Shown here: one piece after another, positions 60,801 to 64,000 of the stretch | How the letters are laid out: each line of letters begins with the position of its first letter | Position numbering within the stretch: position 1 is the first letter of the stretch | Origin: Phoronis australis | Taxonomy: Eukaryota; Animalia; Phoronida | NCBI GenBank assembly: GCA_002633005.1 | Contig: NMRA01000319.1 | Location: 103,546 to 167,545 of the forward strand | DNA: 64,000 bases | Reading direction: 5' to 3' | Made by a program: the position numbers and the translations under genes | Notes under the pieces: model-generated | What the model was told of the DNA's origin: nothing | Databases searched by the model: none | What the model saw: only the letters and a program-made list of their open reading frames with translations

Positions 60801-63014
60801 GCCAAGTATATTATTATGTGTCCAAAGAAGATTATCTGATAAGTTAAACATTAGCAGTGCATGAACCTGGCATTGCTAGACAACTGAGTTTCTCGAAACA
60901 CATTTCCGGGCTCGACCAGCCGTTGTTACAATGTGATCGAATCTACGGTCGTTCCGTCCACACCAGAGCCAGCGCCCCCATATGTACATTGTATGTTCGC
61001 ATCAGTCCATCTGAATTAGAATACACTGTGTGGCTTATTAGACGAGGGGGTGGAGAAAATTTGGCCAGCGCAGCAAACAATGGAACCAGAAGGGGAATGT
61101 TACAGAGGCCGCAGCGACAGCGAAATACACATAAGAGAGGTGAATTAATTGTATTTAAACGAGAACTCAATTTGTCAACTATTCTCGCGGGAAAGTTTTT
61201 AAAATTTTCAATTGGCCAATCACACAGCTTTTTCAGTGAAGCATCACAGCATCAAGACATATTGCTCAAACAACGTGTGAGAAATGAGATCCATGCAATA
61301 GCCGGAATCGGAAGACTGGAGATTTTAGTTGGTAAGTTTGAATTTCATGCTTGTGAGCAACATCCAATCATGTCGATATCTTTGCTAAAAATCCCAAGAA
61401 TAGTTAAAAGATGGGAATACACGACATACAAGTCATGGCATGTTGGCACCACACGGTCTAATTTTAAGCTGTCTCGTGTCAGGTAAAAGAACAGAACGTG
61501 ACTATTTTTATGGAATGGATCTAGACGAATGCATTAATTTGGTGGCATTCTCCTTTTACAAAGCTAAATACCTGGAAGTGCCGCCTCTGGAATACCTGAA
61601 TTACATGTAGGATGTAGAAAAGGGTGCCGAGACATGAGAAAAAAATATTCACCTAAATCTTAAAAGAGCGTATGAGGGACTGATTGGTTTGGTTCTGTAC
61701 ATGTATATGATAAAATGCAACAATGCTATCTATTGTGCTTTTGATAAGGGTGAAAACAGGTTCGTGTCATTGCCGAACAAAGTATACCAATAAAAACATA
61801 AAAGGACGAATATGAATTTTTCAGCGGTGTCACGTAAAATGCTAAAAGTTTGCTTTGTTTACACTGGTGTTTTTTTTTTTTTTTTGTTGCTTTTAGCATC
61901 ACAGCGTGTGTGCCTATTGTTACGTTTTGTCCTACCTTCAGTGTGTTAGCGTTTTATTTTACACCTTAGGCCTCGTGTATCGAAACTTTCGGATTTTGAT
62001 GACTTATGTACAGTCTGCATTCGAATTTTGACATTTAATTCATAAAGAATTTTTATAACTCTCTTACTTATGATTTAAAAAATATGAAAACTTATTTTGA
62101 AATTATAATACATATGCTACTTTGGGGTTGCGTGGTCTCTTGCACGTGGCTACCTCTACTGCTATCAAGCATGGGCACAGTATATAGCAGAGATTAAGCA
62201 GTCGGTCGCTGCTGAAATGTTGTATGTAGATGAAAATTGTACAAACCTCTTCAGTGATGAGCACGTCATAAATGGGGTGGCGATAGTTGTTAAAACATAA
62301 CCAATTTCGGAAAAAATAATTCGCAAAATCGATCTTTTTTTCAATGGTCAAAGGCTTCCGAATTGTTATGAATGCACACAGTTTCTCAGAATGATTTACT
62401 GATGGTAACTATGGTAACTATGGTACTTGTTTGGTGCTATTAGTCTTTCATGAAAAAGTGAAAAAATCTATTGTCGGCCATACTGTGTCCTAAATTGGTG
62501 AGATTTTCAGAGTGGGAGTGGAGTTTGTCACATATGTAAAATCACGTTTTCTGCACACAAACTCTCGTCCCCTCCACCAGATATCAACACTTAGTCGAAT
62601 TAAGCGTCTGCTAGTTCTGAGAAAAATTAACAAACTTCTGAGGTACGTTTCTTAAATCTTCAGTCATTTTTCATGAAACAGTAACCAGAGGTTCAGTTAA
62701 CTCAAAACAGTTTTTCGAATTATAACTCTTCGTTTTAACCACTGCGATGTTCCACAATTGAAAAAGACGTGTAGAGTCACCAAGTTCACTCGGTCCTGGG
62801 TCCGATCTTGCCTTTATCCCCACGTACGGATTGTATTTCCCGTTTACCTCTAAAACTTCTCACTGTTCGGCCATTTCCTGGTCTCCAATTACCACAGGGT
62901 ATTGGATCAAACATCTTTGACACTGGAACATTAAAAACTTTTTTCAAAGCCATTGATATTTCGGTGACAACTGACATTAAAATTTTGAATCTCGAAAGAC
63001 GACATCGAGGTTGC

Positions 63015-63965
63015 TTATAAAACCGTGCTCATTCTACGCGTTTGTTTCGCCATATTTAAGAGCTGAACTCTGCTTGTTGTTGAAGCTTTCCGATTGGATG
63101 CGCTGTCATGTTTTGGAGCAGTCAGCCGAGTAACTATTTCGCGCTCATCTTGAGTCGAAATATCCTCGTAATCGCCTTCAGACAAAAACCGTCTTTTCCG
63201 ACTTCGCGACCTTGTCTCACGAAATTCTCTAAATATCGCTGAAGTCGTTTTGCTTCTCACAAGAGGTGGAAATCGCGACTCTTCTGCTAATCTTTTTAAC
63301 AGATGTTTCTTTTTGCCATCGGGCAAAAAGCGGTCCATCAATTTGTTCTTTTCGCCTTCGATAAACCTTTTCACAGAAAACTGTGTTTTGCATTCTCCGG
63401 GAAAGATTTGAGACTCCTTGCGATTATATGCAATTGCGTTTTTGTACTCTAAACTTCCATACAACGTCCGATTAACGTTTCGTTTTTTAGGCTTGGTTGG
63501 CAACTCCGGCAGTTCCTCTGGGCTGGTAGGCGCTTCAATCGATTTTGCCTTCTGAGTTATAAACACGTCATCATCGATATCAACATCTAAAAGTTTTTTC
63601 AAATTGAACGGATCCTTGAACTGGTGCCTTTGGCGTCCGTTGAAATTTGACGTATTCAAAGATGCGTGTACATGATTGGAGGGAGGTGCAGTTCCTTGTA
63701 CGTATATAGATGAAGTGGAGGACGAGCTACGTTGGGGACTTGGGGAAGATTTTTTTGACGCACCTGTAGGGTTTTTCGTCTCAAGCGATTCGTGTTTCAA
63801 TCGATGTCGTTGATATACCTGTCTATACGCGTGTAGCTCTAGCAGTTCCTTCTTAGTTCCTTGAAAATCACGTTCAAGGTTTGCGCTTGACTTTTTGACC
63901 TGTTTATTCATGTCCAGCATCGTCTGGCGAAGTTTCGCCTTTTCCTTTTCGTTCTTTTGGCTCAT
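63015..63965 (-). CDS. Uncharacterised 316-aa basic, Ser-rich protein with an N-terminal coiled coil
   Basis: 951-nt ATG-to-TAA ORF in AT-rich DNA, far longer than the background ORFs. Good start context (acaATG); heptad-like N-terminal ~55 aa; no known domain recognised. Confidence 0.7.
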   Translation of the reverse strand: MSQKNEKEKAKLRQTMLDMNKQVKKSSANLERDFQGTKKELLELHAYRQVYQRHRLKHESLETKNPTGASKKSSPSPQRSSSSTSSIYVQGTAPPSNHVHASLNTSNFNGRQRHQFKDPFNLKKLLDVDIDDDVFITQKAKSIEAPTSPEELPELPTKPKKRNVNRTLYGSLEYKNAIAYNRKESQIFPGECKTQFSVKRFIEGEKNKLMDRFLPDGKKKHLLKRLAEESRFPPLVRSKTTSAIFREFRETRSRSRKRRFLSEGDYEDISTQDEREIVTRLTAPKHDSASNRKASTTSRVQLLNMAKQTRRMSTVL

Positions 63966-64000
63966 TGTAAACAGCGCCTCCTCACTGACGCGAACTGAAC

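Noticed and set aside
60315-61486. 209-aa ORF at 60857..61486 and neighbouring 60-80 aa ORFs
   Set aside because: Non-ATG or weak starts, no recognisable domain, and no consistent splice chain found; the context is repeat-like.
63015-63030. Both the NWD protein (SCTVL) and the 316-aa ORF (MSTVL) end in TVL
   Set aside because: No other similarity between the two proteins; a three-residue match is most likely coincidence.

Overview
Eukaryotic (animal) genomic DNA: AT-rich, GT-AG spliced genes and many interspersed repeats. By inference it comes from a marine invertebrate, probably lophotrochozoan-like; it is not prokaryotic. Reading splice sites by hand gave four spliced gene models with consistent intron phases. 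(1) A complete 10-exon NACHT+WD40 (NWD1/NWD2-like) STAND ATPase on the minus strand, 16457..2765, ~1698 aa, ending in a CaaX box (CTVL). (2) A divergently transcribed, 5'-incomplete single-pass membrane protein, 22359..32403 (+), with two internally duplicated CUB-like modules and two cytoplasmic PPxY motifs. (3) A 7-exon uncharacterised, low-complexity protein, 42320..33696 (-). (4) A 2-exon C2H2 zinc-finger gene, probably transposon-borne, 46594..45615 (-). Also present are an intronless RING/B-box/B-box/coiled-coil TRIM ORF (55220..56380) and an orphan 316-aa ORF (63965..63015). The repeats include a near-intact CR1/L2-type LINE with a ~70-bp near-identical sister 3' end, two decayed L1/Tx1 fragments, two tRNA-derived SINE copies and several MITE-like elements. 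No CRISPR, rRNA or true tRNA gene was seen. The best leads are the prenylatable NLR-like ATPase and the PY-motif receptor; novelty cannot be established without database searches.
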